Shown here: positions 27,560-37,290 of the stretch, in pieces
Layout: each line of letters starts with the position of its first letter
How positions within the stretch are numbered: the first letter of the stretch is position 1
Source: Candidatus Pacearchaeota archaeon
GTDB taxonomy: Archaea; Nanobdellota; Nanobdellia; Pacearchaeales; GW2011-AR1
DNA length: 64,000 nucleotides
Assembly: GCA_041649045.1 (NCBI GenBank)
Contig: JBAZNV010000002.1
Coordinates: 50,336-114,335, forward strand
Direction of reading: 5' to 3'
The notes under the pieces: model-generated
Told to the model about the DNA's origin: nothing
The model's database searches: none
What the model saw: only the letters and a program-made list of their open reading frames with translations
Made by a program: the position numbers and the translations under genes

Positions 27560-30500
27560 TTATTCGGCTTTTTTCTTAGATTTTTTCTCTGCAAGTGAAC
27601 CTGTCACTTTAACCAGCAAGCCAGGTAGTCCCGTTCCTACTGGGACAGGCTGGTTCAAGATTATATTCTCAATTACTGAGGCAAGTTTATCTTTCTTTCC
27701 CGTTTTAGTTGCCTGCACAAAGTGTTTTACAGGAGTTTCAAAACTTGCTCTTGCGAGTATGGAATTCTTGTCTGAAATAATTCCCATTCTCGTTATACCT
27801 TTAACAATTCCGGATGCGGTCATTGTATCTGCAACGAGCATCGAATGTTTCTTGTCAATATTTAATCCCTGGGATACAATTACTTTATCTATTTCATCAA
27901 TAATGACTTGCCTTGCGGCCTCAATCCCAAACACATTATAAATTTCATAAATATCGTTTGTTGTCGTTCTTCTTGTGTCAACACCTTTAAATCCAAGTAC
28001 ATCTTTTAAATTTGAACCAGCAGTTAAAATGACAAATTCTTTCCCTCGCTTCACAATAAGCACTTGGGATATTTTTTTGACTCCCGTAAGAATTACGTCC
28101 TTAATTTTTTCTTTTGTCTTGTAAATATCTTTGAAGTTTTCCTTAGACATATCAAGCATGATTACCTCACCTTTCTTGGCAGCAAAACCCTTGTCATTCA
28201 AAACTTCAACTACTTTATCAATAGTAATGTGAGCTGTTTTAAGCGCACTTGAGTTTACATTTATTTTTATTTTTTTTGTTCCGAAATCTATTGAAATATC
28301 CGAAATAATTTCTTTTAATTTTACTTCTTTAATTTTTTCCGCTATTGATTTTGCATCTTTTTCATTATTAAAATCTTTCTCAAGATAAATTTCCATTGCC
28401 GGCGTTTTAGGAAGTTTTCTTGCATCCAGAATTTCAATTATTCTTGGCAAACCTTGTGTTACCTGCACTTCTGCAACACCTGCTGCATGGAATACATTAA
28501 GAACCATTTGCGTTGATGATTCACCAAATGATTGTGCAGTTACGACTCCAATTGCTTCGCCTGGAGAAATTTCTTCGTTTTTATGTTTTGTTGAAATGTC
28601 AATCCCATCGACGCCATACTTGAATTGAACGATATTATTTGAAGCATCTCGGACTGTCCCGTCATAAGCGACAACAAGATCCTGAAGCGCATTGGCAAGC
28701 CTTCTGTATAAATAACCTGACTTTGGCGTTCTAAGCGCAGTATCCATAAGCCCGTCTCTTCCTGTCATCGAACCAAAAAAGAATTCTTCTGGAGACAATC
28801 CTTTCATATATGAGCTATAAATAAATCCCCTGGACTTTGGCGATAAATCTTCTTTCTTGAAAAAAGGCAGGGTTCTTCCTGTGTATCCAAAATCAATCCT
28901 TCTTCCATTAAGTACCTGTTGTCCAACAGAACAAGCAATCTGTGTGATGTTTAGCATGCTACCTTTCGCACCCGAACCAATCATTTTAGCAACAAGATTA
29001 TCTTTTGGAAAACCTTCTTTTACTGCCTTGCCGATTTGAGTTCTTGTATTATTTAGAACTTGTAAAATTTTTATTTCTCTGGTCTGTTCTAATGTTTTGC
29101 CCGGAATCAATTCAAGTTCTTTTTTATAATAACTCTCAATAATTTCTGCCGTTTCTTTTTCTGCTTCTTCTATTATTTTATCCGTAGTTTTTTTAACTTG
29201 TTGCGGAACCTGAAGATCTTCGATGGCGATTGTAAAACCATTTCTTGATAAAAACGTCACACCCAAACCAAAAATCTTTTTTAAAATTTCCATTGTTTCA
29301 TCTCTCCCCATCTGAATATCAAGTTCTTTCAAAACTTCCCCTTTTTCTTTTTTGAATTTCTTAAAATTAATTTCACCCTCAATCTTTTTCGATAAAACCT
29401 TGCTAAAAAGTTCTGCTCCAGAATTTGTTTTGTTTAACTTAAATTCTTTTACACCAGATTGATAGAGTAATTGAGATGCATCTTCTTTATTGAATTCCAT
29501 TTCGTGAATGAGTGATCCTCCGGTGATTGCATCATCAACGCCCCCCATTAAATTCATGTTATTTTTTGGCGAGAATAAGTTTGCGTTAACGTTTAGCAAA
29601 ACTTTGGCTTCAGCCCTTGCTTCTTCAGTTTGAGGTGCGTGAATATTCATTTCGTCCCCATCGAAATCGGCATTATACGGATTGCATGTAGCAGGATGCA
29701 GTCTAAAAGTTCTGTAAGGCAAGACTTTCACAAAGTGCGCCATTAAAGAAGCCCGATGAAGAGAAGGGTGCCTGTTGAATAAAACAATATCTCCATCAAC
29801 CAAATGTCTTTCAACAATATATCCCGGTTCAATTTCTTCAACTAAATCATCTCTTAAATCTTCAGTTATCCTTTTTCTTTTCCCATCTGTTCTTATAATA
29901 TAATTTGCACCAGGGTATCCCTTTGCTTTTATAAGATCTTTCATTCTCGAAATATTTAGCGTGGTTACCCTTTCCGCGACTGTCAAAATTTTTGCAACTT
30001 CAAATGGTATACCAACTTCGTTCAGCTTTATATTTGGGTCAGGAGAAATCACGGTACGCGCTGAAAAATTTACTCTTTTACCTGCAAGGTTTTTTCTAAT
30101 TCTTCCTTCTTTCCCCTTTATCCTTTCCGCTATTGTCTTCAAAGGCTGACCGCTTCTGTGTCTTGCCGGAGGAACTTTCGCTATAGAATTGTCAAATAAA
30201 GTTGTAACATGGTATTGCAATAAATCCCAAAGATCCTCGATAATTACTTCGGGAGCTCCCGCGTTAAGATTTTCCCAGAGTCTCTGGTTCGACCTGATTA
30301 TATCTGAAAGCTTATGTGTGACATCATCTTCAGATCTTTCACCCGTTTCAAGAGTTATAGAAGGCCTTACTGTTACCGGAGGAACAATAAGCAAAGTTAA
30401 AACAGCCCATTCTGGTCTTAAAGTTTTTGCGCTTATTCCTAAAAGTTTCAAATCATTGTCAGAAACTTTAACAAGTCTTTCCCGAATTTCTGAAGGGAAC

Positions 30501-30970
30501 AATCTTCGTTTCCCGCTTCTGAAAGTAGAGGGTTTTTCAAGTTTTATTTTTTCTTGAATAATTCCGCAATGAGGGCATTTTTTGCCGTCTTTCGCTTTTT
30601 TGATTCTTGCAATTAAATCCTTGTTCAAATCTTTCTCATCTTTGATTAAAATTTTTCCACACGCTTCACAAGTTGAACGCAAAACCAAATCAATTATTGG
30701 CAAATAATTTATATGAATAATCGGACGAGCCATTTCAATCATTCCTGGGTGTCCTAAACATTCTTTTAATCTTCCGCCGCAAGTTCGACATCTAACGCCA
30801 GGGTCAACAGCCCCAAGTCTCAAATCCATCAAGCCACCGTCGACAGGATAACCATCAATATCATAAAGTTCCGGAGTTACAATTTTTGCAACCGCCAGTT
30901 TTTTTATTTGTTCAGGGCTAAGTAAAGCAAAATTCAGGCCGCTAACTTGTTTTTTTATTGGTCTATTCAT
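27560..30970 (-). CDS. rpoA: DNA-directed RNA polymerase subunit A, unsplit (A'+A'' fused)
   Basis: The N-terminal zinc motif is CRTCGGRLKECLGHPG. The catalytic NADFDGDEMN motif is present. The end-of-A' region (GSKGS...CSVGQQ...FFFGSMTGRDGLMDTALRT...) runs straight into the start-of-A'' region (PGEAIGVVTAQSFGESSTQMVLNVFHAAGV...LPRIIEILDARK) with no stop codon. The C-terminus has ...ASFETPV... Confidence 0.85.
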   Translation of the reverse strand: MNRPIKKQVSGLNFALLSPEQIKKLAVAKIVTPELYDIDGYPVDGGLMDLRLGAVDPGVRCRTCGGRLKECLGHPGMIEMARPIIHINYLPIIDLVLRSTCEACGKILIKDEKDLNKDLIARIKKAKDGKKCPHCGIIQEKIKLEKPSTFRSGKRRLFPSEIRERLVKVSDNDLKLLGISAKTLRPEWAVLTLLIVPPVTVRPSITLETGERSEDDVTHKLSDIIRSNQRLWENLNAGAPEVIIEDLWDLLQYHVTTLFDNSIAKVPPARHRSGQPLKTIAERIKGKEGRIRKNLAGKRVNFSARTVISPDPNIKLNEVGIPFEVAKILTVAERVTTLNISRMKDLIKAKGYPGANYIIRTDGKRKRITEDLRDDLVEEIEPGYIVERHLVDGDIVLFNRHPSLHRASLMAHFVKVLPYRTFRLHPATCNPYNADFDGDEMNIHAPQTEEARAEAKVLLNVNANLFSPKNNMNLMGGVDDAITGGSLIHEMEFNKEDASQLLYQSGVKEFKLNKTNSGAELFSKVLSKKIEGEINFKKFKKEKGEVLKELDIQMGRDETMEILKKIFGLGVTFLSRNGFTIAIEDLQVPQQVKKTTDKIIEEAEKETAEIIESYYKKELELIPGKTLEQTREIKILQVLNNTRTQIGKAVKEGFPKDNLVAKMIGSGAKGSMLNITQIACSVGQQVLNGRRIDFGYTGRTLPFFKKEDLSPKSRGFIYSSYMKGLSPEEFFFGSMTGRDGLMDTALRTPKSGYLYRRLANALQDLVVAYDGTVRDASNNIVQFKYGVDGIDISTKHKNEEISPGEAIGVVTAQSFGESSTQMVLNVFHAAGVAEVQVTQGLPRIIEILDARKLPKTPAMEIYLEKDFNNEKDAKSIAEKIKEVKLKEIISDISIDFGTKKIKINVNSSALKTAHITIDKVVEVLNDKGFAAKKGEVIMLDMSKENFKDIYKTKEKIKDVILTGVKKISQVLIVKRGKEFVILTAGSNLKDVLGFKGVDTRRTTTNDIYEIYNVFGIEAARQVIIDEIDKVIVSQGLNIDKKHSMLVADTMTASGIVKGITRMGIISDKNSILARASFETPVKHFVQATKTGKKDKLASVIENIILNQPVPVGTGLPGLLVKVTGSLAEKKSKKKAE

Positions 30971-33900
30971 ATTTATTTTTCAGTTCGAATTTAGTTAATA
31001 AATGTAAGGATTGAAGTTCTTCGACTAAAAGTTTGAATGCGTATGAAACTTCGACAGGTTCAACCTGGTTTGAATGGCAAAGACTGCAAACTCTTTTGTT
31101 ATGGATTTGGTCGTCGATAACGATGCTCCCGCATCTCGAACAAATATTTATTACAACTTTGTCCGAATCGTATCTCTCTTTTAATAACAACGATGCTCCA
31201 TGTCCGACGAGTGCTTCTTGCTCCATCTCTCCAAGCCTTAATGCTCCACCTCTTGCTCTTCCCTCAATAGGCTGTCTTGTAAGTAGCGCTATTTTTCCCG
31301 AAGCTCTAGAATGCATCTTATCAGAAACCATGTATTTCAATTTCAAGTAGAACATGTTCCCGATGAAAATTTTTATTGGCATTCTTTTCCCCGTGATTCC
31401 ATTATACATTACTTCCTTTCCATTTTCTCTGAATCCTAATTTCTTTAAATTGTTTTCAAGACTATCAATTGTTTCACCTGAAAATGAAGATGCGTCAACA
31501 ACCCTTCCAGATAATGCCGCGATTTTACCTGCCAAAACATCCATTAAATAACCAACAGTCATACGAGAAGGTATACCATGCGGATTGAACATTATGTCTG
31601 GCCTCATGCCTGAGGTTGTGAAAGGAATATCCATTTCTGGAGCGACAAAGCCCACGATACCCTTTTGTCCATGAGGAACCGAAAACTTGTCTCCAATCTC
31701 GGGTATCCTTAGTTCTCTTGTCCTGACCTGGACAGTTTTATTTCCTTCTTTATCCTGAGTTACAAAAACAGCATCGACAGTTCCCTTTTCTTCCTGCCTT
31801 ATTGATGTGGAATTTTCTTTCTTTGTTTGTATCGAAATCTCCCTTGCTTCACTCAAAAATTTAGGAGGACTTATTTTCCCGATTACAATTTCTCCTTCGT
31901 TCAATTCAGCTTCAGGATAGACAATCCCATCATCTTCTAAATACCTGTAACTTTCTTCAGTTCTATAACCAGAAACATCTTTGCTTGGGATTACTATTTC
32001 ATCTTTAAGCCCACCCGCATAATTTAATTCTACCGAGGTATAAGGCCTGAATCGCGAACTTCTTCCAAGCCCCCTTTGAACCGAACCTCTGTTTAAAACA
32101 GTCGCATCTTCAAGATTATAACCCTCATAAGGCAAAACCGCCAAAATAACATTTTGCCCAACTGGATGAACATCTAAAGTATCGTAGATAAAACTTCTTA
32201 CTAACGGTTTTTGCGGATAGTGCAAAAGAGAAACATCCGTGTCCATTCGAACTGGAAAATTTCCTGCGTATATTCCAAGCCCCTGCCTGTAAGCCCTTGA
32301 ACCACCTTTAACCATACGTGCCGGAGGATCATGATCTCCGAACGGAATTAACGAGACACTGACCCCAAAACAATCAATTTTATCAACTTCAAGATGAGTA
32401 TGGTCTTTTGTAATATCGTTTTCATCCAGAACTATATAACAATCATCTTCTTCGGATGCATCAAGATATTCGATAATTCCTTTTTTGATTAAATCTTCCC
32501 ATGTCAAATCTCCTTTTTCAATCAAATCTAAATGTTCTTTTTTTAATCTCGAAACTCCGCCATCCAAAATAATTAAGGGTCGCATTACCCTTCCTTCCTC
32601 GGAATTTAAAAATATGGTATCCAAAAATTTCTCGAATTTTACACTCATTTCAATTGGCAACTTTTCATTTCTTCTTGCTTCTTTTACCTGTTTCACAAAT
32701 TCGATAGCATTTTCCACAACGCCAATAAATCTTCCATTGTAAAAAACATCTATCTCGCCCTTGTCCTGAGTCATTCCTGAATCATGCAAAACGTTTAATA
32801 TTTTTTTCTGATCAAAATTAATTCTTGTTGAAATTCTGGCGAGCAAAGCAAGATTTTTTCTTAAACCAATTTCTGTTCCTTCAGGAGTTTCAATCGGACA
32901 AAATCTTCCGTAGTGCGTTGGATGAACAGTTCTTGCGGGAAAATTTTCTTGTTCTCCAGGAAGTGTTGAAGTCACTCTTTGAAGCTGTGAAAGAACCGCG
33001 AAAGAATTATTATGGTCCATATTTTGAGTTACTCCGCTTCTTTCTCCAATCCAGGCGCCCGTTGCGATAGAACTTTCTATTCTATGTGTAAATAGTGTAG
33101 ATTTGGCAATAGTTTTTATTGAGTAAAATTTTCTTCTTTTCACAGTTTTTTGAAGCGAGTGTTGAATTTCTCTTAAAAGTATATTCATATTTACCCTAAA
33201 TAAATCCGAAAGCAAATCACCAGAAAGTCGGACCCTTTTATTTGCATAATGATCCTTATCTGTCATCGAATCCTCGGGATGTTCTTTTGCGACGTAATAT
33301 TGTTTGATAAATTTACATAAAGTTTTTGCTTTTTCAATTCGCGAATCTTTATCAAGACCGATGTGCGGCAAAAAGTAAGAATCAATCCTTTGTTTTACTC
33401 TGTCAAGCATTTCCTTGTTCGTTCCCTGAAGAGCGCTTTTTTCCGCTATCCACATCAATGCCTCGTTGATGCTATTAATGTTTGCGAATTCGTAAAGATT
33501 AACAATAAGATTGTCGGTTTGTTTCCCAATTAATTTGGCGATTTCAGCATCGCTGGAAAGTCCCAATGCTTTAAGTAATATTACTGCAGGAATATCCCTG
33601 AATCTCGAAAAAGAAACTTCTAATAATCCATCTGAACCTTCCACGATAGAAATCGGGATTTTGTACGCGCCTCTTTGCGAAAATAATCTCAACATCAATC
33701 TTTTTCGCGTTTTTTGGAATTCAATAAAAGTTTGGTTCGAGGCCAAATCTTCTGCCATGATCATGGCTCTTTCGTTGCCGTTAATTAAAAAATACCCACC
33801 TTGATCCTTTGGGTCTATATAATTTTTTATTAATCCTTCTTCATTCATGCCATTTAAATTACAAACCTTGCTTTTGATCATTATAGGAATTCTCCCCAAT

Positions 33901-34220
33901 TGGACTTCTTCTGTTTCTATCTGCCCCGCATAATTAATTGCCATTTCAATCCAGATTGGAGCCGAATAAGTTAAATTTCTAAGTCTGGCCTCAGCTGGCG
34001 TGATAAGTCTCGTCGAACCGTCAGACTCGACGATGTCGGGCCTGCCAACACGAATTTTTCCTAATTTTATTTCAAAATCTTCATTTGGCAAGGAATTAGA
34101 AAGTTCTGTCACGATTTCCTGAATTCTATTCTCTATAAAATCATTGAAAGACTTTATATTTGACTCTACAAGCGAATGATTCTTAAGAAACTCTTTGACT
34201 AAAATATGTTTTGCCATCAA
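30963..34220 (-). CDS. rpoB: DNA-directed RNA polymerase subunit B, unsplit
   Basis: It is a single 1085-aa ORF with Rpb2-like motifs (...GFRENGKEVMYNGITG...). It overlaps rpoA by 8 nt and rpoH by 4 nt. Confidence 0.85.
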   Translation of the reverse strand: MMAKHILVKEFLKNHSLVESNIKSFNDFIENRIQEIVTELSNSLPNEDFEIKLGKIRVGRPDIVESDGSTRLITPAEARLRNLTYSAPIWIEMAINYAGQIETEEVQLGRIPIMIKSKVCNLNGMNEEGLIKNYIDPKDQGGYFLINGNERAMIMAEDLASNQTFIEFQKTRKRLMLRLFSQRGAYKIPISIVEGSDGLLEVSFSRFRDIPAVILLKALGLSSDAEIAKLIGKQTDNLIVNLYEFANINSINEALMWIAEKSALQGTNKEMLDRVKQRIDSYFLPHIGLDKDSRIEKAKTLCKFIKQYYVAKEHPEDSMTDKDHYANKRVRLSGDLLSDLFRVNMNILLREIQHSLQKTVKRRKFYSIKTIAKSTLFTHRIESSIATGAWIGERSGVTQNMDHNNSFAVLSQLQRVTSTLPGEQENFPARTVHPTHYGRFCPIETPEGTEIGLRKNLALLARISTRINFDQKKILNVLHDSGMTQDKGEIDVFYNGRFIGVVENAIEFVKQVKEARRNEKLPIEMSVKFEKFLDTIFLNSEEGRVMRPLIILDGGVSRLKKEHLDLIEKGDLTWEDLIKKGIIEYLDASEEDDCYIVLDENDITKDHTHLEVDKIDCFGVSVSLIPFGDHDPPARMVKGGSRAYRQGLGIYAGNFPVRMDTDVSLLHYPQKPLVRSFIYDTLDVHPVGQNVILAVLPYEGYNLEDATVLNRGSVQRGLGRSSRFRPYTSVELNYAGGLKDEIVIPSKDVSGYRTEESYRYLEDDGIVYPEAELNEGEIVIGKISPPKFLSEAREISIQTKKENSTSIRQEEKGTVDAVFVTQDKEGNKTVQVRTRELRIPEIGDKFSVPHGQKGIVGFVAPEMDIPFTTSGMRPDIMFNPHGIPSRMTVGYLMDVLAGKIAALSGRVVDASSFSGETIDSLENNLKKLGFRENGKEVMYNGITGKRMPIKIFIGNMFYLKLKYMVSDKMHSRASGKIALLTRQPIEGRARGGALRLGEMEQEALVGHGASLLLKERYDSDKVVINICSRCGSIVIDDQIHNKRVCSLCHSNQVEPVEVSYAFKLLVEELQSLHLLTKFELKNKYE

Positions 34221-34411
34221 ATCACCACGCGATAATATATCTCATCTAACCTCTCTATTTTTATTACATCACCTTTTTCACAATCTTCTGGCAAGGCAGG
34301 ATCTTTCTGAGAAATTTTAGGAAGTTGGGCGAGGGTAATATTTAAACTATCTAAAAGTTTTTTTGTTTCGTCAGGATTGAGTTTTGTGTGCTTTGGTTGG
34401 GTTACGTGCAT
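34217..34411 (-). CDS. rpoH: RNA polymerase subunit H (Rpb5 homologue)
   Basis: It has ...TQPKHTKLNPDETKKLL...LPKISQKDPA...GDVIKIERL...IYYRVVI and lies immediately upstream of rpoB. Confidence 0.8.
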   Translation of the reverse strand: MHVTQPKHTKLNPDETKKLLDSLNITLAQLPKISQKDPALPEDCEKGDVIKIERLDEIYYRVVI

Positions 34412-34524
34412 CTTTTAGAATATTATCACTTTAGATATAAAAAATATCAAAAATGGCTTTAAAAATCTTTTGGTTTTTATTATTTTATAGTGGTTCGAGG
34501 AGAAATCGAACAAAAATTAAGAAA

Positions 34525-35157
34525 TTATTTTGGGGTAATTAAAAGTTTCACAATTTCATAAATTTCATGATGGATGTTTTCAATCCCAACCGAGCCATCT
34601 ATTAATTTACAATTTTTAAAACTTGCAATTTGTAAATAAGCCTCTCTGACTCTTTTGTGATATTTTAAATCCCTTGATTCTATTTTATCTCCTCCAGTAT
34701 CTCGTCTTGCTCTTCTTAATCCTTCTTCGGCGTTAATATCAATAATAAAGGCAAGGTTTGGGTTGATTCCCAGAGTTGCAATTTTACTTATAGCCAGAAT
34801 TGATTCAGCACTTATTTCTCCACCAGCGCCCTGATAGGCCAAAGTTGAAAAATAATTTCTATCTGATAAAACAATCTCTCCTCTGTCTAATGCAGGCATA
34901 ACTAATTTTTCTATTGAGTGGCACCTACTTGCAGAAAATAATAATAATTCCGTTATTGCACTCAATTCTTCTTCTTGCTTATTAAGTAATAATTCTCTTA
35001 TCTTGTCTCCAAGTGGTGTTCCTCCCGGTTCTCTGATTCTTGTAATACCATATTCTTTAGACAATTTATTATAAAGTAGTTCACATTGAGTAGTTTTTCC
35101 ACAACCATCACCACCTTCTATAACTATATAAAATCCGCCTGGAATTTTGAGATTCAT
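34525..35157 (-). CDS. tmk: Thymidylate kinase
   Basis: The P-loop FYIVIEGGDGCGKTTQ is present and the C-terminus is Tmk-like. Its start overlaps the stop of the upstream ThyX-like gene. Confidence 0.8.
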   Translation of the reverse strand: MNLKIPGGFYIVIEGGDGCGKTTQCELLYNKLSKEYGITRIREPGGTPLGDKIRELLLNKQEEELSAITELLLFSASRCHSIEKLVMPALDRGEIVLSDRNYFSTLAYQGAGGEISAESILAISKIATLGINPNLAFIIDINAEEGLRRARRDTGGDKIESRDLKYHKRVREAYLQIASFKNCKLIDGSVGIENIHHEIYEIVKLLITPK

Positions 35158-36899
35158 TTTTCAAAGTATTTTTTTGATTCTGTTTTTATTGCTTCAGGAA
35201 GTCTATTTAATAAATATGAATTTTTATTATCAAAAGAGATAAGCCCTCTAAAGGCTGGCAGAATTTTTAATCCTTGTCTAATTTCTTGAAGAGCTATAGT
35301 CCTGTAAGAATCTGCGCCTGCGGGCTGACATCTTAATTGTGCTTGATAGAATAGCTGATTAGGATCCATTGTTGTTACGTGATGTATTAAGTTTGCCATT
35401 ACGGGCGCATATTGAGCCGCTGAATGCATACCTTCTGATTTCAAATCATCATGCAACCTTTTTATTTCTTCCAATAACTTTTCGAATTTTTCTGGCAAAC
35501 CTTGTCCGGTCAAAGAAATTTCTTTAGGCATATGATATCCAAGATAAGTCCCATAAGGAGAAATTTGTTGTCTATCTCCTCTCTGTCTATGCAAATCTCT
35601 GTACGCCCCAATATCATAGAGTCTAGAAAAGGTAAGGGATCCTATTTCGGTTGTTTTTATATTTACTTCATATGGGTTTTTGCCTTCAAACTGGCTTCTT
35701 GCGATTCTTGCTCTTTCTTCAGTAGATAATTTTGAAACAAATTCCTTTAACTCTGTCAGCGTTCTTCCTTTCTCAACGCTAAGCAATATACTTGCGAGTA
35801 CCCAATCTTCAATATCAGGTGTGAATGCTATTATTTTTGATTCAATGGGATAGTGTCCATAATTTCTGGGTAATTCATATTTGCCAAGTTGAGATGATAA
35901 AACGCGAGTTCTTTCCGGTATTTGTTCCATAAATTCACTTCTTTCTCCGTATCTCATTAGATATGGAAAAATTTTAGAAGCCTCAGCTTGCGCAGCTTTC
36001 CCAAGCATCCTCATTTCTGCAAATTCTGATGATTGCCATTCAGTTAACATATCTTGAAACCTTCTTGCGCACAAAGTCATTCCAAGTGAAGTAGTAATAT
36101 TTTGTGGCAACAAAGATCTTGAAACATCAAAAGCTTTTTCTCTAATTACTTTTTCCCATGACTTATCAGAAATTCTTGCGTTTGTATTTCCACTTAATTT
36201 CCTTATTTGTTCGTCGGCATCCGTCCTTAAATCTATATATTCTTTTTCCATCCAAGTTATTACTTTTTCTTTAGCTTCTTCATAAAGTGAAATTAATTTT
36301 TTCCCAAGTTCTTGAAATCTGTCTTCAAAAGGAGTTCTTCTAACTTCAAAAGGAGTTCCTAAATTTTCGATACTAAAAGGAGTTGCCCTAGTGGATTGCT
36401 CTTGATAAGCACCTTCTCGTGCTGTCTCTAAGAATTTTGTAGCTCGTTGACTCACTCCCTCAAAACAAATTCTCACAGAAGCAGAATCTCGGAGTGATGC
36501 GTGTCCGTAATCAATCCCCCAGTTTACTATAAATTCGCCCGCTTTTTTTAAGTGAGAAGTCATAAGATCAGAAGCGTCCGTTCCTGATCTTATCGCTGTT
36601 GCAATTTCTTCCAAGGTTTTTGCAGAGGGATCTTTTTTCGGCATATCTCTAAGAAGTTGCAAAAATCTTTCTTTTAGTGTTATATTGCTTCTGGCGTACT
36701 GTCCCATTCCCATTGCCCATAGTTCAACAGGGAGCGTATCTTTTGCAACATAAACATTCGAATCTACGTTTGTAAAAAAATATTCTAAAATAGTTCTTTC
36801 ATCTGAACTTAATTCACTAGCTCTTCTCCCCCGAAAATTTCCAATCCCACTAAATCCAGATAAGTTATCATCAGCTAATTCACCTGTTTTTAAAATCAT
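35154..36899 (-). CDS. ThyX-like (FAD-dependent thymidylate synthase) protein, unusually long (581 aa)
   Basis: It is translationally coupled to tmk, in a block with dcd and dut. It has a degenerate RHR-x7-S-like segment (LHRQRGDRQQIS). The call rests mainly on context. Confidence 0.35.
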   Translation of the reverse strand: MILKTGELADDNLSGFSGIGNFRGRRASELSSDERTILEYFFTNVDSNVYVAKDTLPVELWAMGMGQYARSNITLKERFLQLLRDMPKKDPSAKTLEEIATAIRSGTDASDLMTSHLKKAGEFIVNWGIDYGHASLRDSASVRICFEGVSQRATKFLETAREGAYQEQSTRATPFSIENLGTPFEVRRTPFEDRFQELGKKLISLYEEAKEKVITWMEKEYIDLRTDADEQIRKLSGNTNARISDKSWEKVIREKAFDVSRSLLPQNITTSLGMTLCARRFQDMLTEWQSSEFAEMRMLGKAAQAEASKIFPYLMRYGERSEFMEQIPERTRVLSSQLGKYELPRNYGHYPIESKIIAFTPDIEDWVLASILLSVEKGRTLTELKEFVSKLSTEERARIARSQFEGKNPYEVNIKTTEIGSLTFSRLYDIGAYRDLHRQRGDRQQISPYGTYLGYHMPKEISLTGQGLPEKFEKLLEEIKRLHDDLKSEGMHSAAQYAPVMANLIHHVTTMDPNQLFYQAQLRCQPAGADSYRTIALQEIRQGLKILPAFRGLISFDNKNSYLLNRLPEAIKTESKKYFEK

Positions 36900-36971
36900 T
36901 TCTTTGGCAAGGTCACCATATTTTTAAAGACTTATTTAATTTAAAATATATTTTAGAGTTTGTTTAAATTA

Positions 36972-37045
36972 TGGCCCCGACGGGATTTGAACCCGCGACA
37001 CCTGGATTAAAAGTCCAGTGCTCTACCAAGCTGAGCTACGGAGCC
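36972..37045 (-). tRNA. tRNA-Lys (anticodon UUU)
   Basis: The reverse complement is GGCTCCGTAGCTCAGCTTGGTAGAGCACTGGACTTTTAATCCAGGTGTCGCGGGTTCAAATCCCGTCGGGGCCA. The anticodon stem CTGGA/TCCAG has loop CTTTTAA. The T-arm is GCGGG-TTCAAAT-CCCGT. Confidence 0.8.
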
Positions 37046-37077
37046 TTGATAAACTTGAGATTTGATGATTTAAAAAA
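37041..37077 (-). repeat. tRNA-Lys 5' end + upstream TATA-like element, copy 1 (duplicated at 37204..37240)
   Basis: gagccttgataaacttgaga...atttaaaaa recurs 163 nt further upstream of the tRNA. Confidence 0.5.
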
Positions 37078-37203
37078 CTTCTGAATTAGTAGAGTACGTG
37101 CGATACCAACGTTGAGCTTGAGCAAAACGCTTCGAGCAAAAAAATAAGAAGCCCGATGAAAACAAGATTTTGTGAGATGCATTTTGCGGACCAAGAGCCT
37201 TGA

Positions 37204-37240
37204 TAAACTTGAGAAGAAGTAATTTAAAAATTATGTATAG
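37204..37240 (-). repeat. Copy 2 of tRNA-Lys promoter/5'-end segment
   Basis: A 20/20-nt identical core is followed by an atttaaaaa box. On the minus strand it would start a transcript GGCUCUUGGUCCGCAAAAUGC... that runs into a T7 tract. Confidence 0.45.
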
Positions 37241-37290
37241 GCAGTATATACATACTTCCAATATCGAACAATTAATAGAAATTATGGAGC

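Noticed and set aside
37070-37261. 63-aa ORF on the minus strand, and a 60-aa ORF on the plus strand (37200..37382), in the tRNA-Lys upstream region.
   Set aside because: They overlap the duplicated promoter repeats and the dcd 3' end. They are AT-rich, with low-complexity translations. They are more likely non-coding.
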